Shown here piece after piece: positions 12,369-24,620 of a DNA stretch of 62,000 nucleotides; within the stretch, counting starts at the first letter, position 1, and each line of letters opens with the position of its first letter. The stretch comes from Chiloscyllium plagiosum (lineage: Eukaryota): positions 6,388,368-6,450,367 of the forward strand of contig NC_057759.1 in assembly GCF_004010195.1 (NCBI RefSeq). Direction: 5' to 3'. A program made the position numbers and the translations under genes. Below the pieces are notes generated by a model, which had not been told where the DNA came from, ran no database searches, and worked only from the letters and a program-made list of their open reading frames with translations.

Positions 12369-14385
12369 TGTCCCCTCTCAACTTGAAACCATGCTCTCGA
12401 GTTTTGAACTCTCCTACCCTGGGGAAAAGACCTTGGCTGTTCAGGTTATCTAAGCCCCTCACAATTTTAGGAACCCCTATAACGTCCCCCTTAGTCTCCT
12501 GTGCTCCAGCTTATCCATTAAATATAAACCTTCCACTCTCGATAGCATTCCTGTAAATCTTTTTGACTCCCTTTCAAAGTCTACTTCCACAACAAGACTT
12601 GAACCCAGATCCCAAGAACATGCCCTTGGTCTCTGGATTAGTAATCCATTGGTAACACCACTGGGTCATCACATTTTCGATGTGTGGCTTGAGCCTGCAG
12701 CCATGTAATTCCTCAGTTGCAATGTTCTCTTTTCTAATGAAGGCTTTCATCATTTCTTCATCCATAAAATATTGAGGATTTGTCTTCATGATTTGAACCA
12801 CATAATTAAAATTCTTCATATCTCCTTTGCTACACTAGTCAATCCACCTTGAACCTTTGTGTTATAGTTCACGCACTCTCCTCAAATGAGGACAGATTCC
12901 CAATCTTTGTCCTCAGACTATTTTCCTTATATTGTAAAATACCGGCCTCAAATCCCATTGCGATCTTCTCCTCAATAAAACAGACAGCAGCAATAGTTTT
13001 ATTTTCCCTACAGGTCAACATAACTCAACAGTGTCTTGGAAATCTTTTCTGCCCCTCCTCAATTGTCGCTGCACATTTCTTTAAATGTGGGACTCAAGAG
13101 ACTGCAGGCACCATGTTTGCATTAAGAAAACATGTATTGTGTCATAAAACTGGAAAAGGCTTACAAGGATGTTACCGAGACTGGAGGGTCTGAGTTACAA
13201 CGAGAGGCTGGTTAGGCTGGAACTTATTTCCCTGGAGCCTCAGAGGGTAAGGATGACCATTTAGCAGTTCATAAATCAAAAAGGCACAGATAAGACGAAT
13301 GCACATGGGTCTTTTCCCCAAGGTAAGAGAGTCCAAAACTGGAAGGCATAGGTTTAAACTGAGAGGAGAAAGATTTCAAGGGGTCCTGAGAGGCAAATTT
13401 TCCACACAGTAATATTTGCATTGAGCAAGCGACCAGCGGAAGTAGTGGAGGTTAGTACAATTATGACATTTTAAAAACGTTTCTGCAGGAACATGGATAA
13501 TAACAGATGGAAGGGTAAGTGTCAAACACAGGTAAGAGGGACTAGTTCAGTTTAGGAAACCTGGTCGGCATGAACGAGTTGGGCTGAAGGACCTGCTTGC
13601 ATGGTGGAGTTAATGTTTGAGACTCTCAGGATTGCACCCCCTTCACTGTACATCGCTGCCACTTGGGAGTTTTTTTTCCCTGCCTAGAGGGGAGCAACAC
13701 AAACAGCGTGGATTCAACCCAGTACTGGCTAAACTCACCATGAAGGTCTCTCCACACTGATATGTGGTGACCCTCAGATTAAACCAGCAATCTCCTACCT
13801 CGTTAATGAGAGAGGGACTGTGGTGGCATTACTATCGTTCCCATAAAGTGCTAAAGAGAGGGGGGTTGACATAGGAAACAGAGAGAGAATGTTTCGTCCT
13901 GTGGGACGATCTAGAACGATCGGTTATCATTTCAAGATAAGGGGGTGCGGCAGATTAAAACCCGAAATGAGGAAGAATGGATTCTCTCAAAAGTGGCGGG
14001 GGTGATGACGAGTAAGTTTTTAAGCTTGAGTTGTTTACTCGGGGGCAGAGAAGGTGGTTTGAGGGGGTGCGAGAAGGTACCTAACAGAGGTGTGTAAGGC
14101 TATGGGGGACATGGAGAAGCTGTTCGCCTTGGTCAAAAGTCAATAACATGGGGAGGGCATCAGTTTAAAGTGAAAGGCAGAGGGGGATTTGAGGCTAGTT
14201 TCACCTAGAGGATGATGAGGGTCTGGAATGCACTGCCTGGGAGGCTAGCTGAGGAGGGAAACCTCACGTAATGGGCCAAATGTCCTCTTCTGTACTGCAT
14301 GATTCAGAATGTCTCCAATGTTTAAAGCAGCCCTCCACTGAAATATAAACATTGTCTCTGACAGATTGTAACACCAGGTAATTAC

Positions 14386-14643
14386 CTAGAACTTGAACAT
14401 CAACAGGCCGTGGTGTGTACGGGTACATTTTACAGCTGTACAATCCACTGTCATCGGTGCTGTTTATTTTAATGCTGTGCGAAGACTCACATATTTCAGA
14501 CTTCATTGAATTGATCATCTTGCCTTTTTTATAAAAGGTAGATTCTCTCTCTGACCAAATTTTGAATCTGAACCGACAATTTAGTTTCATTGTATCTCCT
14601 TCCAAAGGTGAAACTGGAACAATTTGGAAATCCACATTTCCAT
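14386..14643 (-). CDS. C2-type Ig-domain exon of an Fc-receptor-like gene (gene B)
   Basis: 258 nt, phase 1/1, tcttag| acceptor and |gtaatt donor; DGNVDFQIVPVSPLEGDTMKLNC...FYKKG...DDSGLYSCKMYPYTPRPVDVQVL; EGDxxxLxC, FYK and DSGxYxC motifs typical of FcR/FCRL domains. Confidence 0.8.
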
Positions 14644-14680
14644 CTAAGATTGAAAGCAAAGTTGCATCATTGCAGCTTAC

Positions 14681-14704
14681 CACAAGCTATCACTTCACTG
14701 GTAA
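14681..14704 (-). CDS. 24-nt leader mini-exon (S2-like) of gene B
   Basis: ttttggaacag|TTACCAGTGAAGTGATAGCTTGTG|gtaagc, phase 1/1, encodes xTSEVIAC and joins the Ig exon in frame. Confidence 0.55.
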
Positions 14705-14840
14705 CTGTTCCAAAAACATTCACTATCATATTGTTTCTGGAATGGGTTTACGAGTATCAGTCCAGCCAAACTATCCCCGATATTTTCTACAATCCGTTCT
14801 GAATAAATAAATGAATATCATTAATTTGCTTTCAACTCAC

Positions 14841-14922
14841 CTTCAGAATGGAGTACAGTTTTGCTTCCTCTTACCGAGGAAGAGATCTTAAGACCATAAG
14901 AAATCAGAACGGGGAACGTCAT
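14841..14922 (-). CDS. Possible first coding exon of gene B
   Basis: ATG at 14922 to strong donor GAAG|GTGAGT, phase 1; MTFPVLISYGLKISSSVRGSKTVLHSE is a poor signal peptide. Confidence 0.3.
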
Positions 14923-15064
14923 TCTGCCCCCTTGCCAGTCGTAAAGAGTCAAATAAAATAAGACACTTTCAAGTGTCAGCTGAAAGCAAATGCGAGTAGA
15001 GATGAGGAAAAGAAGATGCACAGATACAACACGAGGATTGAAGCAAAAGTTTTTTTAAAAAGTT

Positions 15065-15262
15065 ATGACTTGGAGGTGCCTGTGTTGGACTAGGATGTAC
15101 TAGGGTGGACAAAGTTAAAAATCACAACACCAGGTTATAGTCCAACAGGCTTATTTGGAAACGCTAGCTTTTGAAGTGCACTCCTTCACAACCCACCTGA
15201 TGAAGAAACAGTGCTTCCAAATAATCTATTGGACTATAACCTTGTGTTGTATGATTTTTACT
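15065..15262. mobile_element. Short palindromic Penelope-derived element with degenerate hammerhead motif
   Basis: AAAGTTAAAAATCACAACACCAGGTTATAGTCCAAC...TTGGACTATAACCTTGTGTTGT inverted arms, central CCTGATGAAG; same family as 30082-30822 and 36581-36734. Confidence 0.65.
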
Positions 15263-15479
15263 TTAAAAATGTTAAAAGAGTAAAAGGCAAGGACTGAAAA
15301 TATTACAATAGCAGCAAGAGGCACAATTAGCAAGATAAATGGACATAGGACTATCAGTTCTTAATGATATTATATGACACTCTCAAACCTCAGAGTAAAG
15401 GATTCTGTAGGCAGTAGCGATCGTAAATTATAGTTGATACAAATCAGTTAGTTGGATCAGAATTTGAATTAATAGAGAA

Positions 15480-17005
15480 GGGAAGGGCACCACTCTCTGG
15501 GTGAAAGCACTTATCTCACTACTACCCGATTTACTTGACACTGTGACCCCCTGGTTTTGAACATCACACCCAGCCTCCACGGTCATCAGGAACATACTTC
15601 CTGCATTTACCCTGTCTATTCATAGAGTAAACAGCAAGGAAACAGAGTCTTCTGTCCAACCAGTCCACGCTGACCCTGTTCCCAAAATAAACTAGTCCTA
15701 CCTACCTGCATTTGGCCTACATGCTCCAAAACTTTCCTCTTCATGAACTAATTTAAATGTCTTCTCAACATTAAAACTGTGTATGCATTCGCCAGTTCCT
15801 CTGGCAGTTCATTTCACGCACCAACCACTGTGTAAAAAAAAAGTTGCCCAAAAGACCTTTTTAAAATCTTTCTCTCCTCACCTTAAAAATATGTTCTGTA
15901 TTTTTGAATTCCTCCACCTGAGGGAAAAGATGTTTGTAATTCACCTTTTCTATGCTCCTCATGATTTGAAAAACCTCAAAATGGTCGACCATTAACTGCC
16001 CCTGCTCCAGTGAAAAATGTCCCAGTCTTTCTAATCTATTTTTGTGTCTCAAACCCTCCATTCCCAGTAACTTACTGGTAAATCATTTCAGTGCCCTCTT
16101 GAGTTTAGCAATATCCTTCGTATAACAGGGCGACCAGAACGGCACTCAGTGTTCTAGAGGAGGCCTCAGCACTTCAAAATGACATCCAAATGCCGATACT
16201 CAAAGGTCTGATCAGAGAAGGCAAGCATGCTTAAACACTCTGTCATGCAAATTTCAAAGAATTGTGCACCTGCATGCCTAAATTCCTCTGCTCTACAACA
16301 CTGACCAAGGCCCTATCATTAATTGTATCAAGTATTCTTGTTTGTATAACCAAAATGCAATATCGCACATTTATCCAAATTAAACTCTATCTGCTACTCC
16401 TCAGCCCACTGATGCAGTTGATCAAGGTTCTTTGTAATCCTAAGTCAACTTTTTCACTGTTCACTATACCACCAAGTTTGCATACTTACTAGCCATGTAT
16501 CCAATATTCTCATCCAAATCATTTAAATTAATCACAAATAACAGAGGACACTGCAACAATCCTTCGGAACAAGACAGGGCCCATTCCTCCAATCTGAAAA
16601 CAACCTTCCACCATTACTCCGTTTCCTGCCATTAAACCAAATTGTATCCAATTTGCAAGCTCATCCTAAATTCCATGTGATATAACTGTCCTAATTAGTC
16701 AATCATGCGGAACCTTATCAAAGGTTTTACTGAAATCCAAGTAAACAACGTCTACAACTCCCCACTCATGTATTTTTTGGTCACTTCATTAACAAATTCA
16801 ATCAAGTTGATTAGAACATATTTTCCGCGCATAAAACAATGCTGACTGTCCCTAGTCAATCCTCTCCTTTCCAAATGCATGTAAATACTATCTTTCATAA
16901 CCACGTCCAAAAACTTACCCATCACTGATATCAGACTCTCAAATCTATAGTTTCCAGGATTCTCATTACAGCCTTTCTTTAAGAAAGGCTCAGTATTAGC
17001 CAACC
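15480..17005 (-). mobile_element. Degenerate CR1 LINE ORF2 fragments
   Basis: Minus-strand ORFs NPGNYRFESLISV...QHCFMRGK...LIEF and RLERLGHFSLEQ. Confidence 0.8.
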
Positions 17006-17639
17006 TAAAATACCAATTACTGTGTGTGTGTGTACGCAGGCGTGAAATTCTTATTCATTTTTCACCACCAGGATGAAAGGAAACATCTGATTGGCCAGTG
17101 ACAAGCAATGTCACTGAGGGCAATCATTAAATCATGAATTTATAGATGATACAAATATTATTTCAGATTGGAGGAATGGGCCCTGTCTTGTTCCATAAGG
17201 ATTGTTGCAGTGTCTTGTTCCATAAGGATTGTTAGTTGTGATTAATTTAAATGATTTGGATGAGAATATTGGATACATGGCTAGTAAGTTACTGGGAATG
17301 GAGGGTTTGAGTCAGAGCCCCGCAATTACTTCCACAATGGCTTGGAATACATTTGATCAGGTCCTGGTGGGTTTGTTTACCTTTATGTTTTCTGAGACTT
17401 CCAGCGCGACTTCTTCTGTAATGTCAAATGGTTTCAAAATATTGATATTCATTTCCCGGAGTTCCTTTCTCAAAAATAAAAACTGACGCAAAATATTACT
17501 TTAATACCTTCTATTAGAATTTTCTAGCTTTCTATCAAGTGCCCTCCTTGTTCTTCTAAACTCTAGTGAATATAATCATAACCAATCCAGTCTCTCATCA
17601 TATATATACTTGACCACGATCTAAACTGCCCCAAGTTGC

Positions 17640-18800
17640 CAATTGAGAAAGTGATGATCAGCTTCTTTCTTGAACCGCTGTAGTCCATGTGCTGTAGTTG
17701 GACCCACAATGCCCTGAGGGAGGGAATTTCAGCATTTTGTCCCAGCGGACAGAGGAAACTATCAATATATTTCCAAGTCAGGATAGTGAGTGGCTTGGAG
17801 GGGAACCTGCAGGCTGTAAGGTTCCCGTGAATCTGCTGCCTTTTAGATGAAAGTGGTCATCGGTTTTGAAGATGCTGTCTGAGGATCTTCTGTGAATTTC
17901 TGCAGGGCATTTTGTAAATAGTACACAATGCTGTCACTGAGCGTCAGTCGTGGATGTAGTGCATGCTTTTGAATGTGGTGCCAGTCAAGTGGGGGCTGCT
18001 TTGTCCTTGGATTGTATCGAGCTTTTCGAGGACTGTCCCATCACACTCCTGATTTGTGCCTTGTAGATGGTGGACGGGCTTCGGGAATCAGGAGTTGAGT
18101 TACTCACAACAGAATTTGCAGCCTCTGATCTAATCTTACAGCCACTGTGGGCATGTGATAACTCCACTTGAGCTTCTCCAGGAAACTCCAGGATGTTGAT
18201 CGCGGGGACTCAGTGTTGATAACACCCTTAAATCTCAAAGGGGTGATGGTTAAATTCTCCCTCAATGATAACTCCCAGGATGTTAAAAGTGGGGATATGT
18301 GAATACCATTGAATGTGAAGGGGCAATGGTTAGATTGTCTCTTATTGGAAATGGGCAAAAGTGAGGACTGCAGATGCTGGAAACCAGAGTTTAGATCAGA
18401 GTGGTGCTGGAAAAGCACAACAGGTCAGGCAGCATCCCAGGAGCAGGAAAATCGACGTTTCGGGCTAAAGCCCTTCCTCACGATGTTCATCTTCCTGATG
18501 AAGGGCTTTTGCCTGAAACGTCGATTTTCCTGATCCTCGGATGTTGCCTGACCTGCTGTCCTTTTCCAACACCATTCTGATCTAAACTCTTATTAGTAAT
18601 GGTCTTTGCCTGTCATTTGTGTGGCGTAAATGTTACTTGTCACTTCTTAGCAGATGTGTGGTTATTAATCAGAATTTTTTGCATTTGGATATGGACTGTT
18701 TCAGTATCTGAGAAGCAGTGAATGGAGCTAAACATTGTTCACTGATAGTTGCGCATCGCCACGTCTGACCTTATGATGGATGGAAGATCATGGATGAAAC
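17640..18800 (-). mobile_element. CR1/L2-group LINE 3' fragment (second family)
   Basis: TIYKAQIRSVM RT C-terminal motif; plus-strand relative at ~60090-60590. Confidence 0.6.
18355..18586. mobile_element. Palindromic Penelope-derived element with hammerhead cores and a 16-bp TSD
   Basis: Long inverted arms; CTGATGA 18495-18501, stem GGGC-TTTT-GCCT, GAAAC-GTC; TSD CTCTTATTGGAAATGG / CTCTTATTAGTAATGG. Confidence 0.8.
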
Positions 18801-18922
18801 ATTCCTGCTCCTGCCCTCGAGTTCCCATCACTGGGAGGGTCCAGTCAAAAGCAGCTTAGACAGACGTGTCATAAAATCATCAAAACATGTATTGGCACCA
18901 ACTAGACAAAGAGATGACCAAC

Positions 18923-19191
18923 CTAACACTGTGATACTTAGTTTGTTCGAAACCCTCACTTTGTATCGCCAATTTTTAAATCACACCGATAAGATGCTTC
19001 ATCTGAATACGCTGCACTTTTTATGGTCAGTGACCCGTATGTAGATTGTTTTATTAATCCATTATTCTGATACCATCCGAAATGCTTATGTCCTCTCAGT
19101 ATCTGGGCTGGGGTCCGGCAGTTCATTACAATCCTCTCATTTCTCAGAGCATGTTCAGGATTGGCTTCCAGAGTTAGCGTTTCATCAGAAA
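18923..19191 (-). pseudogene. Ig-domain exon of FcR-like gene A with a 1-nt frameshift
   Basis: tttttgcag| acceptor; VSDETLTLEANPEHALRNERIVMNC...FGWYQNN...SLTIKSAAYSDEASYRC; 269 nt; restoring one A near 18960 gives KVRVSNKLSITVL then G|gttggt. Confidence 0.8.
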
Positions 19192-22055
19192 CTGCAAAAA
19201 CAATATGACACAAAATCAGCTTGGAATGCAAATTACATTTGACACTTGAATGTTGTGGATTCTAACACGGGGAAAGGGATGTTAGAGCTGCACAGGACAT
19301 GAATGAGGCCACAGCTAGAACACTGTGTACAGTTCCAGTCTCCACACTACAGGAAGGATGTTATTGCACTAAGGGCGATATAGAGGAGGATCCCAGGATA
19401 TTGCCTGCGAGGAACAACTTCAGTGATGAAGAGAAGCTGGATAAGCTCGGGTTGTTTTCTTTTGAATATAGAAGGTTGGTGGGGTCCTGATAGAGGTGTG
19501 TAAGAGTATGAGGAGCATGGACGGGAGGCTAAGAAGCAGCTGTTCCGCTTAGTCGAAGGGTCAATAAGAAGGGGGCTATCACGTCAATTGAAAGGCAGTA
19601 GGTTTTGATTGGATTTAAGGATTATTTCATTCAGAGGGTGAATAGGTATGAAGGACTTAGCCTCAATAACCCTCTGTGGTAAAGAATTCCACAGATTCAT
19701 TCCCCTCAGAGATGAAATTCCCCCTCACTCCCATCTTCAATTGGCAACCCCCTTTATTTGAGAGGATGCCCCTCTGATCCAGACTCTCCAACACAAGTTC
19801 CGCATGCCCTGTACAAGTCCCTCTAAGAAGATTCAATAAGAATCAGCTTCTGTTCTTCTAAATCTACTCAATCTACTCAAAATCTACACATGAGAAATTA
19901 TTAACTCCTAGCCTGACTTTATGTAAATTATTGACCAAAAGAAACTGAAGTTTGAGCAGTAAATCATGCTGAAGCGTGTATTGGCTAAAAATTAGCTTGG
20001 AGTTAAAGAAAATACCGTGTATAGTTCATTACCACACTACCAGAAGGATGTGGAGACTTTACAGAGGGTACAGAAATGGTTAACCAGACTATTGTCTCGT
20101 TCGGAGGGTATTAGCAATGAGGAGAAATTGGACAAACTTGGTATATTTTCACCTGAACAGCAGTGAGTAGAGACAATTGATGGGCATTCACAAAATTATG
20201 AGAGGCATGGATGGAATGATTAGTCAAAGTCTTTTTTTTCCCCAGAGTATAAATGTCAATTACTGGGGGACGTGGGTTTCATGTAAAAGTGGGAAAGTTT
20301 AATGAAAATGTAAGAGGCAAGTGTTTTACCACGTAGAGAATGGTAAGTGCCTGGAATGGCTTTTCAGAGAAGGTGGTGAAGGTAGATAACTCAATACCAC
20401 GTTCTCAAGGGAGCAACAAAAGACGGGGCAATAAATGCTGGGCCAATGTCACACAAATGAATGAAATTTCATGCATCATGTACCTGCCCATTATAGTCTG
20501 TCTGTACTCCTCTCTATTCTCCTCCTTCACCCTTCTCCTTGTTTGCTACATTTCCAAGCTTTCTGATCACTTATGGAACTGAAGATCAGAACTGAAGTTA
20601 ATATCCATTAATATTTGTCATAACGGTTATCACAACTAGTTCTGATCTGCAAGTGGCACCATTTAATACTGACGTCCTGTTAAGAAAGAGACAGTACTGT
20701 CTATATTCCACAATACTGCTCTCCAATATATTGTATCGATGCTCACTATCATTATCCATCAGTGCTCTCACCTTGAATTTAGCTGGTGGATTTGTAATGT
20801 GGTATTTTATCTTAAACTTTCCAAACGTTTTTTAATAAATGCTCTGTAGCAATTCCATTAAAACGTTCAGTTTACTGTTCGAACAATCTTATCTGATCGG
20901 TTCATCCAACATTGACACTGCCTTCCTACTCATATTTTAAACCATAAGGATAGGAGCAGGCCGTTGGCCCCTCGAACCTGCTCTCCCATCCATTTTCTTA
21001 TGAATGATATAACATTCCTCACATCCATTTTCCTGCCCTTTCCCTTGATTTTTCAGCTGATCGAGAATTTATTTATGTAGATCTTCAATGTATACAAGAA
21101 TTCTTGCACCCATACACACAGCTTTCTGTGGCAAGTAGTTCCAAAAACCCACAATTGTCTAAAAGATGGCATTTCTCCTCATATCACTTTTTAATTGGTG
21201 CCCTGTTATTCTGAGACTGCGCCCTCTGGTCCTAGACTCTCCTATGATGAAGAAACATCTTCTCAGTATTGACCTGTCAAGTCCCGATCAGTTTCAATGA
21301 GATCGCCACTCATTCTTCTAAATTCGAATGAGTAGAGTACCAACCTCTTTAGCCTTTATTCATGAAACAAACCCTCCATACAGGGAATCATTATAGTGAA
21401 CCTTTGCTGAATTACTTCCAATGAAATGATATATTTCATTTTATAAGAGAAGCAAAACAGCTCCTAGTACTCATAAAAAAGGTCTCACAAACACCTTGTA
21501 CATTTGCAGAAAGAGCTCCCTATTCTCCTTCAACCCCTTTGAAATAAGGGCCAAGATTCCCTTTGCACTTCCTGATTACCTGCTGCCCCTGCCGTGTGCT
21601 CGTATTCTGTTTTTAATACACAAATGCCGGCACCCACCAAGTCAATTTCTGGTGCATTTCTCTGTAGTTTCTCTCCATTCAAATAATACTGTTCTCTCTT
21701 CCAAAATTATCGTAACTTTGTATTTCACAAACATCCTGTTTTAAATCTCATGCTCATTTGAAGTATTGTGATGAAGTTAAACTCTGGTACAGATTTACTG
21801 AGTGGACTCTGTCAGATATGACTAAGTCAAAATAATGGTCATTAGTTTTCATTATAACTAGTGGGGCACCCATATGGGAGAAGGATTGAAAATGATTCCA
21901 GTGCCCGATCTTTCAAAGGATATCCCTAACTCCTGATCAGGAAGACTGGGATCAAGTCGAATTTGATGCATGTTTGGAAAAGTTCACTGAAAGAATGTGC
22001 ATAACAACACTTGAGATTTGTAAATGTTTATCCAAAAATTACAGTTCCCTCTTAC

Positions 22056-22086
22056 CTTGGGTGATCCCAAAGAGAGCAAAGATTCA
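22056..22086 (-). pseudogene. Leader mini-exon (S2-like) of gene A, 31 nt (one base too long)
   Basis: ccttttgttttccag|TGAATCTTTGCTCTCTTTGGGATCACCCAAG|gtaaga; removing one A gives V-IFALFGITQ. Confidence 0.6.
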
Positions 22087-22555
22087 CTGGAAAACAAAAG
22101 GGAATGGAAATAAATGTCATTATTTTTGCCAGTGTCCTAGAAGTTGCAAAGTAAATACAACGTCAAAGCAACGTAAGAGGAAAAACAGCAGAGAAGCAGC
22201 ACGTGTCCTGTCTGTAACTCAATGGGAATTGTTGACTGTTCCATCCTATCGAAGTGGAGGCAGAATATAAATTGATATGAAATGCATGATGACCCTATTG
22301 GTTTCTCATTCATGTATCATGCCAACTGCAGATTTTCTTTGTAAATTTCTACCTACTACTTATCCCTTCGTTGGCCCCTCCTGTTTTCCCTTCGCTTAGT
22401 TTGCCATTTCCTGTGCCATTCTTATTAGTTAAGAAGATTTTTCTTAAAAAAAATACGTTTGGGAAGATTATTGCAAAAGGAATCAAGTTTCTATGGCTTT
22501 GCGTTTTTTGCCTCAGCGAGGTTCTTAGAAATCCCCAAAGTCAGCCAAGACTTAC

Positions 22556-22583
22556 CAATGACCTCCACACTGAAGCTTCTCAT
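22556..22583 (-). CDS. First coding (S1 leader) exon of gene A
   Basis: ATGAGAAGCTTCAGTGTGGAGGTCATTG|GTAAGT, MRSFSVEVI, phase 1, consensus donor. Confidence 0.55.
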
Positions 22584-23088
22584 TCAGAGACAAGAGGCTG
22601 CGTTGCAGCAGGGCTCCCCCTGGAAGATATTTGAAACGTTTCCAGATGTTTGTGCAACTTCTGCTACATGTTAAGTCACTTCACAAAGGAACTAGGACTT
22701 TCTTCAATCTAAAATCAGAGCCGAAGAAGGACACATTTCTGAAAAAGGTCTATCGACCATTCAAGTCTGCGCTCATCAAAAACAGCCACCTCACTATTTT
22801 CTAAGCCTATTTCTTTCCCAGCATTTGGTCCACAGATTTGGAATCACAGGTTGGCATCTGAATTTTTCTTTAATGTGATGAGGGTTTCTGCCTCTTCCTC
22901 CCTGACGGGCAGTGAGTTCCAGATTCCCACCACACTTTGATTAAAAAAGTGTTTTCCTTCCATCACCCTCTGAACTTGCTGCCACTTACCATCAATCTTT
23001 GTTCCCCAACTCCGGTCGTTAATCCCTTTGTCAAGAGGGAAACATTTCCTCCTGTATACCCTAACCATGCCCCCTATGTATATAATTA

Positions 23089-23661
23089 TACACACACACG
23101 CTTCAATTATCCGAACAAGCTGGGCGGGCACTATTTCGTTCAGATAATTGATTATTCGGTTAGTTGACTAAATGCCTTTCCTCTGCTCCCCGTTCAGGAG
23201 ACTGCAGCAGCTTACCACGCACGAGCCCCACCCCCAACACCGGACCCTGTCCCGCCCACAACTTCGTCCAACACCGGACCCCATCCTGCCCACAACCTCG
23301 TCCAACACCGACCCTGCCTGCCCCCAACCCCGTCCAATACTGCCCTCTCTGCCCCGTCCAACACTGATTNNNNNNNNNNNNNNNNCCCAACCCCATCCAA
23401 CACGTCCCCCCAGCCCAGACTACCATGCAGCCCCAGTTTATCCCTGTCCCCTCTCTGGGCCAGCTGAACTGGACAACAACAACAAGAACTGCTGCTGCAG
23501 CTGCCTTTGTGGGGTAAACCTCCAAATAGCACACACACGCACAACCTTTTTACTGCACCGTTTTGACAGGTTCCACGTTTGCCCTGTACAGGACAATGTT
23601 GGAGAGATTATCTGGAAAAGGGGGGCTCGGTTGCACTCCTCTGCAGAACTCCAGGGAAAAT

Positions 23662-23692
<31 letters not shown>

Positions 23693-23863
23693 GCGGGAGG
23701 TCAGTCATTTGGAGACGGTGCCTGTTTACTCACTGTAAGCAAAATACATGACCACTGTTGGAAACACGCCTTTGATGTAATGTTTCTTTCGGGACCTCGA
23801 GATCTCCTTCGGACAATCTGATTTTTCAGATAATTGGTATTCGAATACTCGAGGTTCCTCTGT
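23089..23863. mobile_element. Non-autonomous Tc1/mariner (Tigger/pogo-like) element with internal minisatellite
   Basis: Degenerate TIRs (…TTCAATTATCCGAA / …TATTCGAATACTCGAGGTTCCTCTG) flanked by TA; ~18-bp CCCCGTCCAACACCGGAC repeats at 23220-23420. Confidence 0.55.
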
Positions 23864-23919
23864 ATGTCAGATTATCCGAAGCAGATCTCAAGGTCCTGAT
23901 ACAAACAGTACATCAAAAA

Positions 23920-24620
23920 GCTCAATGTAGTTATCTATGTCAGTTACTTCTATATGCATGTAACTATCAATCTCTCCCTGTCCGATTCCCCGATGTGAAT
24001 GTAAGTGTATTTACCAGCCTGTTCCTGCTCTGTGAATTGAGACTGTCAACATTAAACTGTACTTGTCAATTTCTCCTATCAATATGTGAATGCAGTTACC
24101 AATCTATGCCCCTCAATCTCTGCCTTATCAATATGTGAACTTAAATATAGATTTCTACCTGTCAGATCCCGTTTGATGAATGTGAACAGTGCAGATACTA
24201 ATATGTATGTGAGACTCTGCTCTGTGAATATGAGTGTCGTTGTCAGAGTTTACTTGTCAGTTTATGCTGTGTGAAACTGGACGTGTAGTTATCATTCTGT
24301 TCCTGTCAGTTTTAGCTTCATGAATGAGAGTATAGTTATTAATCTGTCCCTGACAGTTACTGCAATGGGAGTGAGACTTAAGTTGAGAGAAACTGATCGA
24401 TGGAGACTATTAGTCACAGATTTGCATCACAGTTACTGTGTCGTCATCATTTGTTTGTCTATTTCTGCAACATGAATGAGTGTGTAGTTATCAGCCTGTA
24501 CTTGTCAGGTTCCATTCTTGTGTATCAAAGTGGAAGCCAGTAATATTCTGTGTGTCTATGTGATACATTCTATGATATTTGTTATGAGGGTGTTGAGACT
24601 GGATCTTAATCTTTTCTGCA
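23920..24620. repeat. Degenerate ~45-bp tandem repeat
   Basis: Recurring TTATCAATCTGTACCTGTCAGTTTCTGC...GTGAAT...GTAG units. Confidence 0.7.

Noticed and set aside
13738..13755. 18-nt minus-strand mini-exon with GTGAGT donor
   Set aside because: Acceptor lacks a polypyrimidine tract and lies in SINE-like sequence
20620..20850. Another minus-strand Ig exon (TTLQIHQLNS, RSELVVITV fragments)
   Set aside because: Multiple stops, no Cys/Trp framework and no donor site; cannot be supported
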